From Kiritimatiellia bacterium (GTDB taxonomy: Bacteria > Verrucomicrobiota > Kiritimatiellia > RFP12 > UBA1067), in NCBI GenBank assembly GCA_045595285.1, contig JAZOAC010000132.1, forward strand, positions 456 through 64,455: a stretch of DNA of 64,000 nt, given 5' to 3'. This document shows positions 26,752 through 36,713 of the stretch, one piece after another. Made by a program: the position numbers and the translations under genes. The notes under the pieces were generated by a model that did not search any database, was not told the origin of the DNA, and saw only the letters and a program-made list of their open reading frames with translations. How positions within the stretch are numbered: position 1 is the stretch's first letter; each line of letters begins with the position of its first letter.

Positions 26752-28803
26752 CTATCTGCGGATCCTTAACACCTTCACGCCGTAGCACGGCCATTCGCAG
26801 GGAATGCGGACAACGCCGTCCTCGAACGAGAAGCCGACCTCGCCCCATCCGCCGTCCGGATTCATCACCTCCACCGAAGCAGGTCTTGCGTTGCGCCGGA
26901 TCAGCAGTTCATCCTCCGTGTCATAGTTGAGGTTCCCGAAGAGGAGAATGTCCGAACCGTCCGCCGCATTGCGGCTCAGCGCGAGCACGTTCTGCGCGTT
27001 CATGCACACGTTCTCGAGCGGTGCGCCGTTAAGTTCGTCAAGCACATCGTTAAGGTATTGCCGACGCGCCTCGGAATAGAGCCATCCATACTTAATCCCA
27101 AGGTGAAAGGACATCACCGCCACCGTTCCGCCGAGCGCATTTCTGAACAGCACGGCCGCATCGGCCACCCGCTCCACGCTTTTGGACATTGAGCTCTCGC
27201 GCCATATCGCAGACCCAAGAACCTTCGCGCCGGGCAACGCCTCGAACAGCGGCGGATCGGAACTTTTGGGCAACTGAAGGATGTCGCCGTTCATCTCGCT
27301 GCGCTCCCCCGTGAAGAGTTTGACGCCGCACAGCTTCACCCCGATTTCAGGCCCAAAGCCCCTCGCAATGAGTTCGCGGGCCGCCAATCCGTCTATCAGC
27401 ACCTTTTTGGAGAGCATCCGCCTGAGATCGGCATCACTGGAATTGATGACGCAGTTTGTCCCCCCCAACGCATATATGCCGTCAACGGCAAAATCCTCCG
27501 TCGCCCGGTAAGGGATTCCGTACCAGCTGAACATCTTCTGCGCCCACCCGTCCTGGTCGAACGTGTCGCGGAACCCCGCGCCCGCCACGCCGAATCTGGG
27601 ATAATCCCGATGGCATGGGATCAGCAGACCGGCAAGCGACGTTCCGCGGACGGCTGCGGAAAGCGAAGGATAGAACCCTCTGTGGCGCTCAAGAATCCCG
27701 GTATAGTGACGGCTGACCGGATATCTGCCCTTGTGGGCGTTCACAAGCCAGAGCTTCGCCCCCTTCAAGCCGATGAAGGCGCTCATCGACAGCTTGGCGT
27801 GGAACGCAACGGACGACTTCGCCCACAGATTGTGCGGCCAGGTGTCCGCCTCGTCAAGAAGGAGAAGCCCCGTACCCTTCAGCCGCTCCGCGCTTGCCAT
27901 TGTCCGCAGCGCGAGTTCGCCCATTGTCTCTTTCGGCGCAGATTCATAGTACTGTCCGTTCGCAAGGCGCGCCCACGCCGTATGCCTCGGCCCCGCCATC
28001 GTGCGCGCATACTCCGCGATGTAGCGGCGCGCCCACGCCGCACCCGGCTCGCACACGCCGGACGGGATCGAGGGATCGACGGAATCTATGCCTTCGCGCA
28101 AGAGCCGGCATATGCCCTTCACCGTATCGCGCTGAAGCTCCGCGAACGCCATGTGCTCCGCGCTCTTCCTGTCCGCCTTCGCGAGAAGATCGCGCAGGCC
28201 CTCCGGCGTGAGGCGCTTCCCCGTCCTGCGGTTGTACTCGGCCGTGTGCAGCGGACACGTGCATTCCGCCAGCGGCGAAAACGCACGGACGTCGTCATCG
28301 CTGAGTATGAGCGCGGGACGGCATTCAGCAAGTTTGCGCGCCGTTTCCCGGATGTAGGCCCGATAGCCGGGATCGAGAGGGCAGAAGCGGGTGACGGTCC
28401 CCTTCCAGTTGACGGCCCTCTGCCAAGGCTCGGTTTCCTTCTCCGCCAGATCGCTCGTCCAATGTCCGACGACGGACTGCAGAAGAATCGCAGGCTTCAC
28501 CACGCTTCCTTCGAGAAGCTCGGCCCATCTGCGGTAGCTTGCAACCCCGGCCTCCACGGTCTTCATGGCCGGACGCCCCTGAGGATGCAGCGTAAGCGAA
28601 TAAAGGCAGTATGGATTCCCCGTCCGCTCCGCAAACTCCCTTGCATCCGCCGCCGCAACTTCCTCCCTGCCGGGGCTGGACGGTATGATGTTCAACATCG
28701 AGAACGAGTCCTCGGTTATCACCTCACGGAATCCGGTCGTCGCGGCAAGCGAAACCGTGACAATGGACATTGCAAAAGAAAGGAAACATGTTGACTTAAT
28801 CAT
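26752..28803 (-). CDS. Secreted hypothetical GH-like protein (TIM barrel + class I GATase-like domain)
   Basis: Signal peptide. FCPLDP...LILSDDD...DEADT...KVLIDG. Confidence 0.55.
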   Translation of the reverse strand: MIKSTCFLSFAMSIVTVSLAATTGFREVITEDSFSMLNIIPSSPGREEVAAADAREFAERTGNPYCLYSLTLHPQGRPAMKTVEAGVASYRRWAELLEGSVVKPAILLQSVVGHWTSDLAEKETEPWQRAVNWKGTVTRFCPLDPGYRAYIRETARKLAECRPALILSDDDVRAFSPLAECTCPLHTAEYNRRTGKRLTPEGLRDLLAKADRKSAEHMAFAELQRDTVKGICRLLREGIDSVDPSIPSGVCEPGAAWARRYIAEYARTMAGPRHTAWARLANGQYYESAPKETMGELALRTMASAERLKGTGLLLLDEADTWPHNLWAKSSVAFHAKLSMSAFIGLKGAKLWLVNAHKGRYPVSRHYTGILERHRGFYPSLSAAVRGTSLAGLLIPCHRDYPRFGVAGAGFRDTFDQDGWAQKMFSWYGIPYRATEDFAVDGIYALGGTNCVINSSDADLRRMLSKKVLIDGLAARELIARGFGPEIGVKLCGVKLFTGERSEMNGDILQLPKSSDPPLFEALPGAKVLGSAIWRESSMSKSVERVADAAVLFRNALGGTVAVMSFHLGIKYGWLYSEARRQYLNDVLDELNGAPLENVCMNAQNVLALSRNAADGSDILLFGNLNYDTEDELLIRRNARPASVEVMNPDGGWGEVGFSFEDGVVRIPCEWPCYGVKVLRIRR

Positions 28804-28855
28804 CGGAACCCCATTCCTTTTCCGGCACGCGCGGCGCCGACGCCATGCATGGCGA

Positions 28856-31360
28856 TCAATACCTCAAAAACGTGAAATGCCTCGCGTCCCACGGATCCAT
28901 CTTCGGCTTGGGGCCATACGACGGATACCGCTTCGCGTTGAGGACGTTCAGCACACGACGGGCAAAATGCGACAGTTCCATACGATCCCCGCAGAAAACC
29001 TCAAGCTCTCCGATCCTGACGCCAAGCCGGGCGAACTCCCGGTTCTCCGCAATGCCGACAGCCGGACCGGACTTCTCGCCATCCTTTTTGCCGGCGGACC
29101 TGAAGAAAAAGCGGAACCTTTCGGCGATCTCCCGAGAATCCGCATCCGCCGAATGCTCCACGGCAAGTTTTGAAAGGTCCGAAAGGCAAAGTCTGCCGAT
29201 AGCGTCCGCCGCAGCCGCAAGGGAAGCGTCGCGATATGCAAGACGCACGGTCTCGCCGCCCTTGAAATCAAGCGCCGCCGGACCGGAGAGGCGGTATCCC
29301 TCTATCGCATCCCTGCAGACGACCTTTCCGCGGAATCCGCCGGACTTCAGCATGAGGGTCATTCTTCCGCAGCCATCCCCCTCCCATGACGCCGAGAGCA
29401 TTCCTTCGCCATCGACAGTCGCCACGGCCTCAAGCACGTTCGCGAGCAGGGCTCCGGCGGAAACGGACACCCGCATGCGTCCGTCGCCGAACGTGCTGTC
29501 GGCGGCGCCGCCGTAGAACGGCACGTAGAGGAAACCCTTGGCATCGGACTTCGCCCCGACAAGTCCGGTGGCGATTTCGTCCGGATACATGTCCATCACG
29601 ATCTTCCGCGTGAGATTCGTCAGGTTGCACACGGCGATGAACGATCTGTCGCCAAGCCCGTACCGGGCCAGCTCGCATTCACCGCATTCCGGTTTCGCGC
29701 CGATGACGGGCTTCCATCCCGCCGCGTTCAGGCGCACGAACGCATGCGACATTTTGGCGACATATTCGCTCGTGTAGCGCACCGGAAGCGATGCGCAGGC
29801 CGCAAGCGACCTGTGCACGGCAAAACGGCCGAGGTCGTTCTTGAGCATGTCCAGCCGCCCCGCCGGCCACTTCGCATAGTTCGGATCGAAGCTTTTCGGC
29901 GAATAGCCCTCCCACAGGGTAAGCGCCTTCTCGCCCAGGGCGAGTCTGCTGTGCATCGGGAACGGCAGCTGATGGTCCCACGGTGTCGTCTCGTGCATGA
30001 CGGTATCCGCGTACAGCATATCGCTGACATGCTGATACCTCGTATTCACGGCAGCACCGGCGCATCCGGGAAGTCTGCTATTCTTTAGAGTGTGCAGATA
30101 TTCGAATATCTTTGCGTTCGCCACTCCTCGGACTACGCCAGGTCCGAATTCATCCCAGCTGACGTTCTTCATCGCCTTGAGGCGTTCGCCGCGATAGACG
30201 CTTCTTGCGCTGGCCACGTCGAACGCCATGCCGCCAAGATCCCATCTCGGCATCAATTCGGCAAGCTGGCGGCGCAGCTCGACGCCCCAGGAGCATTCCG
30301 GGAACGCAAACACCTCTGTCGTGTAGTGGTAGGCGCTCAACCCGAATCCGTTGACGGTGGCATGGGAATCAGGATGCGGCGCGGCATGCTTCTTCGAGAT
30401 GTTCGCCAATGTCATCGTGTAGAATCCGTTCGCGACGCCGCAATAGTACCCGTTGGAGAAACGCGAACCCTGAATCCTGTCGAAGCGCTCCCTCGATATC
30501 TTCGCGCTGGCGACCTTGCGTATCTTGCCGCCGTTGCGGTTGTGGTATTTCAGGTCCACCCACTTGTAGTCCACCGAATTCTTCCCGGAGGGGTTCACGG
30601 AATTGAGAAGGTCTCCCCATGTGCGGTCCGCCCCGTAGCACCACTCCCACGTCGCGTTCATGAAACGGCACATGTCTGGATTCGGAGACTGCCAGCTGGC
30701 ATACTCCGCGCATATTCCGTAGTATCCGGGATACACATCGGGATTCTTGAAGAACCGCTCCGGATACAGTCGGTAGTAGCGGGCGTAGGCCTCGCGTATG
30801 CCGTACTTCGGGCTGAACGGAACGCGGTGGAAGCTGCAGACATATTCGGAGCCCTTCCCCGTCAATGTCGCATGCACCGATATCGAACGCATGTCGCCAT
30901 CGAGGATGCCGTCCACGTACGAGTTGAAATCCTCAGCTCCGGCGGCGAGCGCCACGCCGGCGCTTTCATTCCAGGAGGCCACCATGAGGAACCTGAAGTT
31001 CATGTACAGCGGAACCGAGATCCTCCTTCCCGACGGCTTGACCTCATCCTTTCCGTCCCACAGCACCGTCGCGCCCTTGAATTCGTCCGAGGCGACGATC
31101 CGCAGCATCTGGATTCGGTCGCACAGCGACACGACGCGGCAGCGTATGGTCTCCGCTCCGCAGACATCCTGCATGCGCTCCACCGTCAGCTCGACCTGAC
31201 CGTCCTGCCGGTACGGCGTGCCGTCCCGGTTCTGCAGAACAACGTCAAACGCCCTCGCCGACGACACCGCGAACAGCACGCTTGCCAACAGCAGACTTTT
31301 CATCATCGTTTCCTTCATCTTTCTTCTCTCCTTGATTCCCCGGTTGCCGTCCGACCTCAA
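28856..31360 (-). CDS. Secreted hypothetical GH-like protein
   Basis: Signal peptide from MKETMMKSLLLASV (ATG 31318). Aromatic-rich, with GGMAFDV. Confidence 0.55.
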   Translation of the reverse strand: MRSDGNRGIKERRKMKETMMKSLLLASVLFAVSSARAFDVVLQNRDGTPYRQDGQVELTVERMQDVCGAETIRCRVVSLCDRIQMLRIVASDEFKGATVLWDGKDEVKPSGRRISVPLYMNFRFLMVASWNESAGVALAAGAEDFNSYVDGILDGDMRSISVHATLTGKGSEYVCSFHRVPFSPKYGIREAYARYYRLYPERFFKNPDVYPGYYGICAEYASWQSPNPDMCRFMNATWEWCYGADRTWGDLLNSVNPSGKNSVDYKWVDLKYHNRNGGKIRKVASAKISRERFDRIQGSRFSNGYYCGVANGFYTMTLANISKKHAAPHPDSHATVNGFGLSAYHYTTEVFAFPECSWGVELRRQLAELMPRWDLGGMAFDVASARSVYRGERLKAMKNVSWDEFGPGVVRGVANAKIFEYLHTLKNSRLPGCAGAAVNTRYQHVSDMLYADTVMHETTPWDHQLPFPMHSRLALGEKALTLWEGYSPKSFDPNYAKWPAGRLDMLKNDLGRFAVHRSLAACASLPVRYTSEYVAKMSHAFVRLNAAGWKPVIGAKPECGECELARYGLGDRSFIAVCNLTNLTRKIVMDMYPDEIATGLVGAKSDAKGFLYVPFYGGAADSTFGDGRMRVSVSAGALLANVLEAVATVDGEGMLSASWEGDGCGRMTLMLKSGGFRGKVVCRDAIEGYRLSGPAALDFKGGETVRLAYRDASLAAAADAIGRLCLSDLSKLAVEHSADADSREIAERFRFFFRSAGKKDGEKSGPAVGIAENREFARLGVRIGELEVFCGDRMELSHFARRVLNVLNAKRYPSYGPKPKMDPWDARHFTFLRY

Positions 31361-32175
31361 TGGGTCAGCGATGCGCCCTCCTGAGGCGCGTAGACTCCGT
31401 CCATCATGCCGTCGGCATAGGTGACGGACAGCATGCTGCCATCAACGCGCTTGGTATTGTCGAATCCCCTCAACGCATCGGAGTCGGCGATTATTTCGCT
31501 ATACTCCGCCACGGGATCGGCAAAGCGCCTTTCCCACTGCAGATCCCGCAGCCCCACAAGTTCAAGCGCCAGCCGCTTCACCGGCGCGCCCTTGTGCTCA
31601 GCCACGAGCGGTATCCGGTCCATCTCCGTTATGTCTATCAGGAATGGATGCGCGATCTCCACCGACCCTGTCGACATGAATACGCCGAATTTGAACTGCA
31701 CCTTCCCGACAAGCTCCTCGGTCACGTCTATCGGGCGGTACAGAATACTCCACCTGTCTCCGCCGCCGCCAAGCTGCGCCTTTATCTCCGGCCTGAGATA
31801 CCCGTCGAGGCAGCTGTTGAAACCGCCAAGAAGATATACCCTATTGTTGTAAGGCTTGTCCTTTTTCGTACGTCCATAGCTCCACAGCAGCACAGGCGCC
31901 TTGTCCCGCCTGACCCATGCGCCGTAAAGATAGCGGTGCCCGGTCTTAAGCGACACTTCCTGCCGCCAGAACGCCGACAGTGGCACACGGGACGTGATCT
32001 TCCATACCGGCTCCTCGGCCGTGAACGGTCCGCCCTTCGACTTCTCCCATGTGAAGCCTCTGCGGTCGGAATTATCCACTCTGTTTTCCCATTTCCTGTC
32101 CTTGAACAGGTTCGCCTCCGTCTTCAGCACAGACGGATACAGCAGCGCCGCCAGCAACAACCAACTCATGATCAT
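31357..32175 (-). CDS. Secreted hypothetical protein (CBM-like beta sandwich)
   Basis: Signal peptide. WRQEVSLKTGHRYLYGAWVR. Confidence 0.55.
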   Translation of the reverse strand: MIMSWLLLAALLYPSVLKTEANLFKDRKWENRVDNSDRRGFTWEKSKGGPFTAEEPVWKITSRVPLSAFWRQEVSLKTGHRYLYGAWVRRDKAPVLLWSYGRTKKDKPYNNRVYLLGGFNSCLDGYLRPEIKAQLGGGGDRWSILYRPIDVTEELVGKVQFKFGVFMSTGSVEIAHPFLIDITEMDRIPLVAEHKGAPVKRLALELVGLRDLQWERRFADPVAEYSEIIADSDALRGFDNTKRVDGSMLSVTYADGMMDGVYAPQEGASLTH

Positions 32176-32194
32176 TTCCTTTCTGTTTTCCGTG

Positions 32195-34660
32195 TTATCG
32201 GATTATCACTTTTGTCCCATGATTGACGCCGATCTCCAGGGCGAAAGTCGTCCAACCGTTCACCTCATCGGAAATCTCAACCTTCCTCACGATCTTTTCG
32301 TCGATGCGACGCGGCATCTCCGGCAGTATGGCCTTGATCCGGGCGGCGATCGCACTGCGGACCGTCATAACGCCAAGAACCGCTCCTTCTTCCGGAATCG
32401 ACTGCGGATACAGAATTTCAAGCGGAAGGGTGGCAGACCCGGCAGGAAGGACGAACGGTGTATCCGTTTTCACGTTCCTGACTCCATAGCGCAGAGAATC
32501 GGCATCGAATGACGTTGCGTCGATGACAAACTTCGCCGAACTGCCGAAACGTATCTCAAGTCCGTCGATGCAGTCCGCCCCGCGCACCTTGAGCGTGCCT
32601 TCCGCAATGTTCAGGATGTTCGAATTCACCGACGGCATGTCACTTACGGCCCCCTCTCCGAATTTAACCGGAGCGGCAAGAGTGAGCGTACCGACTCCCT
32701 CCTTATTCAGTGTTCCGTTCATCGTAAGCAGGGTCTCCACCGCGAACTCCTTTCCGGAAATTACGAAAATTCGCCCCAGAAACGCCGTGCCTTCCACATC
32801 AGAGGTACTGTCGATGTAAAGTCCCCTGTTTGTGCCCTTGGCGAGTGCGGCATTCCCGGAGACATGTATCCGGCACATTCTTTTGAGGGTAATTCCATCC
32901 CATGCCATTTCGGAAATCACACCTCCAAGCTGATTGGTCGCGGCTACACTCAGCGTCTGCATATTAGTCGCGGTCGGGACATTTCCTTTGTAATTCACCT
33001 GCGATACAGAGAATCTGCCTTTGAACGCCGAATTATCCCCTGTAAATCTCGTAAACCCCTGCGGTGAAGAAGTTGCGCTGACACCTGGAATTGTTATCGT
33101 CGCCTCACCCGACAGATCGCCGGAAAACTCCGCCGTATATCCTGTGTATACACCGACCTGCACCGACCCCGATGGAGCAGCCAGCCTTTCGCCCTCTATT
33201 TTGACTATCCCGTCTTTCTCGGTGGAGAACTGCCCCAAGCGTACGCACGCACCATCCAGAAGACGCAGTTCCTTTACCTTGAAAAGCGACTGATACAACG
33301 TAAGCACGCACCCAGGACCTATCGTAAGCGACTCTCCCGGGAAATGACGCATTTCATACGCTACAGTTGCATTAGCACGCCCAGCGCCCATCGTATTCAG
33401 GTAACGGATGGCATCTCCGTTTTTCAGGACGACATAATGCGCCCCTTCGTGCGGAAGCTGCTTGTCCGACCAATGACTCTCATTGTCGTCCGCAAAAGAC
33501 GTTGTGGCCCTGCTGCAGGCTGTCTGTTCACTGTTGTCGGATATCACAAGACTCACGACAGGCTCAAACGTAAACACGAGCGAATCCCTGTCTTCTCCGC
33601 GTTCGACCTCAAGCTTGGCAAGGCGGCGCATATCCTCAGGGTATGTGCCCATATCTAAATCAAGGACGAAATCATCAACGTCCAGTTCAGCGGACTTTGG
33701 AGCCGTCAATACCACAAAGCGGTTTGTGAGTCCGTCAAACGCGATGTCCGACATTGAAAGCTTCACCTTCACCAATCCTTCTGTTGAAAGACTGTCTGTC
33801 ACATGGATCGTCGCGCCTGAAGCGTGCTCAACCCCATTGGCATCGACCGTCTTGGCTATCGTCACCCTGATTGCCGCATTTGTGTCGAGTGACAGCGTTG
33901 AAAGCGTCCAGTCGTCTGTCGCCGAAGCGGCGAATATCGTGCCGTTTGTCCCGACGGTCACTTTGGCCTGGGAAACGCCGCTCATGCCCAAGCTACTGTT
34001 ATACTCGCAAGCGACCGTACCTTTATATTGTGAAGCGTCAAGGAATCTGGCGGTGACTCTTTGAATCGAGAACTTGGATGACTCATCACCGACCAATGGC
34101 CCGTGGAAATTGACGACCTGATTAGTCAAGGTGCCATTCCGGGTTACACGGAAGGTTCCTTTGCCTGACCCGTCGGCAAGAACGGTAACCTTGCCATATA
34201 TCTCATAGTTGGCGTTGTTGTCGTTTAACAGCGTTATGCTTCCATAGCGAAGAAACAACCCGTCATTTGCAAATGTGGTTTTAATATTCTTCGCTGAAAG
34301 ATAAAGAATACCGTCGCCGTTGCTCCAGTAGTCATCGCCAATGGTTAAAGATCGTCCCGCAAAGACAATATCCCCCGTTTTGGAAGTGCGTATAACCTTG
34401 GAATATGTCTCTCCCCTATCTGGATACTTCCAGCTGACAAGATAATCGGCAGTGGAATCAAGCGTCGAGCTCTCTGCACATTGGCTGCCGGATTCATCCA
34501 GCCAATACACCGCATTCGTCAACGCGCCGCCCAAGGCAGTATTGCCGGATGCCGACAATCTGTAGACCGTAGGAACCGGCTCCTCCGCGCACAATGGCGA
34601 ATGTGCCGCAAAGGCAGCCAGACCCACCGCAATCAGGAAACGTTCAAGCATTGTTTTCAT
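32195..34660 (-). CDS. Secreted beta-strand-repeat (autotransporter-passenger-like) protein ending GTKVIIR
   Basis: Signal peptide. Two repeats of FAGRSLTIG/FPGESLTIG and KEGVGTLTL. No beta-barrel domain. Confidence 0.75.
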   Translation of the reverse strand: MKTMLERFLIAVGLAAFAAHSPLCAEEPVPTVYRLSASGNTALGGALTNAVYWLDESGSQCAESSTLDSTADYLVSWKYPDRGETYSKVIRTSKTGDIVFAGRSLTIGDDYWSNGDGILYLSAKNIKTTFANDGLFLRYGSITLLNDNNANYEIYGKVTVLADGSGKGTFRVTRNGTLTNQVVNFHGPLVGDESSKFSIQRVTARFLDASQYKGTVACEYNSSLGMSGVSQAKVTVGTNGTIFAASATDDWTLSTLSLDTNAAIRVTIAKTVDANGVEHASGATIHVTDSLSTEGLVKVKLSMSDIAFDGLTNRFVVLTAPKSAELDVDDFVLDLDMGTYPEDMRRLAKLEVERGEDRDSLVFTFEPVVSLVISDNSEQTACSRATTSFADDNESHWSDKQLPHEGAHYVVLKNGDAIRYLNTMGAGRANATVAYEMRHFPGESLTIGPGCVLTLYQSLFKVKELRLLDGACVRLGQFSTEKDGIVKIEGERLAAPSGSVQVGVYTGYTAEFSGDLSGEATITIPGVSATSSPQGFTRFTGDNSAFKGRFSVSQVNYKGNVPTATNMQTLSVAATNQLGGVISEMAWDGITLKRMCRIHVSGNAALAKGTNRGLYIDSTSDVEGTAFLGRIFVISGKEFAVETLLTMNGTLNKEGVGTLTLAAPVKFGEGAVSDMPSVNSNILNIAEGTLKVRGADCIDGLEIRFGSSAKFVIDATSFDADSLRYGVRNVKTDTPFVLPAGSATLPLEILYPQSIPEEGAVLGVMTVRSAIAARIKAILPEMPRRIDEKIVRKVEISDEVNGWTTFALEIGVNHGTKVIIR

Positions 34661-34693
34661 TTTTCACTCCTTGCTTAGGTTGGAAGATGGAGA

Positions 34694-35473
34694 TCACGTT
34701 CCGTACGGCGGAGGCAGACAGAGGTGTCCGCCGTCCGCGATGATGTTCACGCCGGTGACGAAGCCCGCGGAATCGCTGCACATGTACAGCACGACATCCA
34801 CCAGCTCGTCCGGCTCCGCGGCGCGTCCGAGAGTCGTGAGCATCGTCGACATGCCGGGGCGGGTCATCACCGGTCCGGGAGACACGCACACCGCGCGTAC
34901 GCCATGCGGTCCGCCCGACACGGCCAGCGATTTCACGAAATTGAACAGTCCGCATTTCGCCGCCCCGTACATTGCGCCGATGCCGTCCGCCTCGACGCCC
35001 ATCACGCTGCCGATGAGGCAGATCACCCCTTTCTTCGCCGCCACCATGTGCGGCATGCAGGCCCGGACGAAGTACACGGCGCCGCGCAGATTGACGTCGA
35101 TCCCCCAGTCGATCGCCTCCACCGGCTGTTCGTAGAAAGGCCGGCCTCTCGTTCCGCAGCATCTGGCCTCGTTGCCGCCCGCGAACGGGATGAGCAGGTC
35201 TATGCGTCCGAACCGCTCCATCGCGAGAGCGGCGGCCCGCTCCGCATCCGCGAACCTGCGCACGTCCGTCCGGCACGCCTCGACTGTTCCGCCCTCTGCG
35301 CGAACCGCCGCCGCCGCGCTTTCGAGCGCATCCGCCGCCACGTCGCACATCACGACCCTTGCGCCCTCTTTCGCGAGCCGCCGCGCGGCGCACAGCCCCA
35401 TACCGCTCGCCGCGCCGGTGATAACGGCCACCCTGTCCTTGAATCCGTATTCCTTCATGGGTTCAGTCTCCAT
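34694..35473 (-). CDS. SDR family oxidoreductase
   Basis: VITGAASGMG, YGAAK (YxxxK), VSPG, VTGVNIIADGG. Confidence 0.92.
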   Translation of the reverse strand: METEPMKEYGFKDRVAVITGAASGMGLCAARRLAKEGARVVMCDVAADALESAAAAVRAEGGTVEACRTDVRRFADAERAAALAMERFGRIDLLIPFAGGNEARCCGTRGRPFYEQPVEAIDWGIDVNLRGAVYFVRACMPHMVAAKKGVICLIGSVMGVEADGIGAMYGAAKCGLFNFVKSLAVSGGPHGVRAVCVSPGPVMTRPGMSTMLTTLGRAAEPDELVDVVLYMCSDSAGFVTGVNIIADGGHLCLPPPYGT

Positions 35474-36713
35474 AATCGCGTTTCAGAAAGCACACCCTCG
35501 CCACAAGAGTCACTGCGGCTCCGGCAAGATAGAACACGCCAAGCATCGACATTGCGACATTGAACGAGAATCTTCCGCCCATGAACCCCAGAATCGCCGG
35601 GGCGAACGAACCCATCACGAATGCTCCGCTGGCAAAAAGACCGTATGCCGAGGTGCGGTACCGTGGCGTGATCACCTCGTAGAACGACGCTATGAAGTTC
35701 GCGTCATAGAATGCGTTTATGAATCCGTACGCAAGGAGACCCGCCGCCGTCACCCACAGCGAACCGGTGCTGTTGGCGACAAAGACGACCGTCGGCGCGC
35801 ACAGGACAAGCCCGATGAGGTTGCAGTCCAGCCGGGCGCCGATGTTGCCCCTGCGCTTCCACGAGTCGGATATGCGGCTTGCGACAAGAAGGCCCGCAAA
35901 TCCGCCCGCATAAAACCAGAACACGGAATGGAACGCCGCCGATGCCGGAGATATCCCCTCAAACGTCCGCTGGAGACACGTCGGCATCCAGGTCCTGAAA
36001 CCGATGCTCCCGAAATTGGAAAGGCCGAAGGCGAGCGTCATCAGGATGGCGGACGGCTTGGAGAACATCGCGAGCAATGCTTCCTTGAGCGAGCGCAGCA
36101 GCGGCATGCGCCGGGCGGGCCCCTTCGCGTCTGAATCCTGCGGCGGAGTGTCCTTCAGCGCAAAGACGATCATGAGCGTCCACGCTATGCTCATGCCGCC
36201 GAACAGCATGAATGCGCTGCGCCAGCCGCCCGGTCCTAGAGAGCCGAGATAGCCGGACGCGACACTGCACAGGATCACGCCCGCATACAGCGCGATCTGA
36301 TAGACCGAAAGCGCCGTGGCCCGGGATTCGGAATGCAGCTGCTGTATTATCGAAGTGGAGGATACCGGCACAAGGCTCTGTCCAACTCCGTTGATGATGC
36401 CGTAGGTGACAAGCAGCAGACCGAGCGATGACGCGAACGAGGCGGAGAAGACGCCGATCGCGAACAATGCCGCCCCCGCCGCGATCACCCATTTCCGCCG
36501 GAACAGGTCGGCGATGAACCCTCCGAACGGCACCATGACCGCATACGCCATGAAGAATGCGGACGCCACCATTCCCATCTCAAGATCCGACGCCCCGATA
36601 TCGGCCTTGATCTGGGGGATCGTCACGCCGTATATCTGGCGCGTACCCTGCAGAAGAAAGTACGTCACCCACAGCAGTCCAAGCGCCGCCCATTTATACG
36701 GAACGCGGATCAC
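35463..36713 (-). CDS. MFS transporter
   Basis: 12 TM-like segments. GFIADLFRRK and ISDSWKRR loop motifs. Confidence 0.92.
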   Translation of the reverse strand: MIRVPYKWAALGLLWVTYFLLQGTRQIYGVTIPQIKADIGASDLEMGMVASAFFMAYAVMVPFGGFIADLFRRKWVIAAGAALFAIGVFSASFASSLGLLLVTYGIINGVGQSLVPVSSTSIIQQLHSESRATALSVYQIALYAGVILCSVASGYLGSLGPGGWRSAFMLFGGMSIAWTLMIVFALKDTPPQDSDAKGPARRMPLLRSLKEALLAMFSKPSAILMTLAFGLSNFGSIGFRTWMPTCLQRTFEGISPASAAFHSVFWFYAGGFAGLLVASRISDSWKRRGNIGARLDCNLIGLVLCAPTVVFVANSTGSLWVTAAGLLAYGFINAFYDANFIASFYEVITPRYRTSAYGLFASGAFVMGSFAPAILGFMGGRFSFNVAMSMLGVFYLAGAAVTLVARVCFLKRDYGD

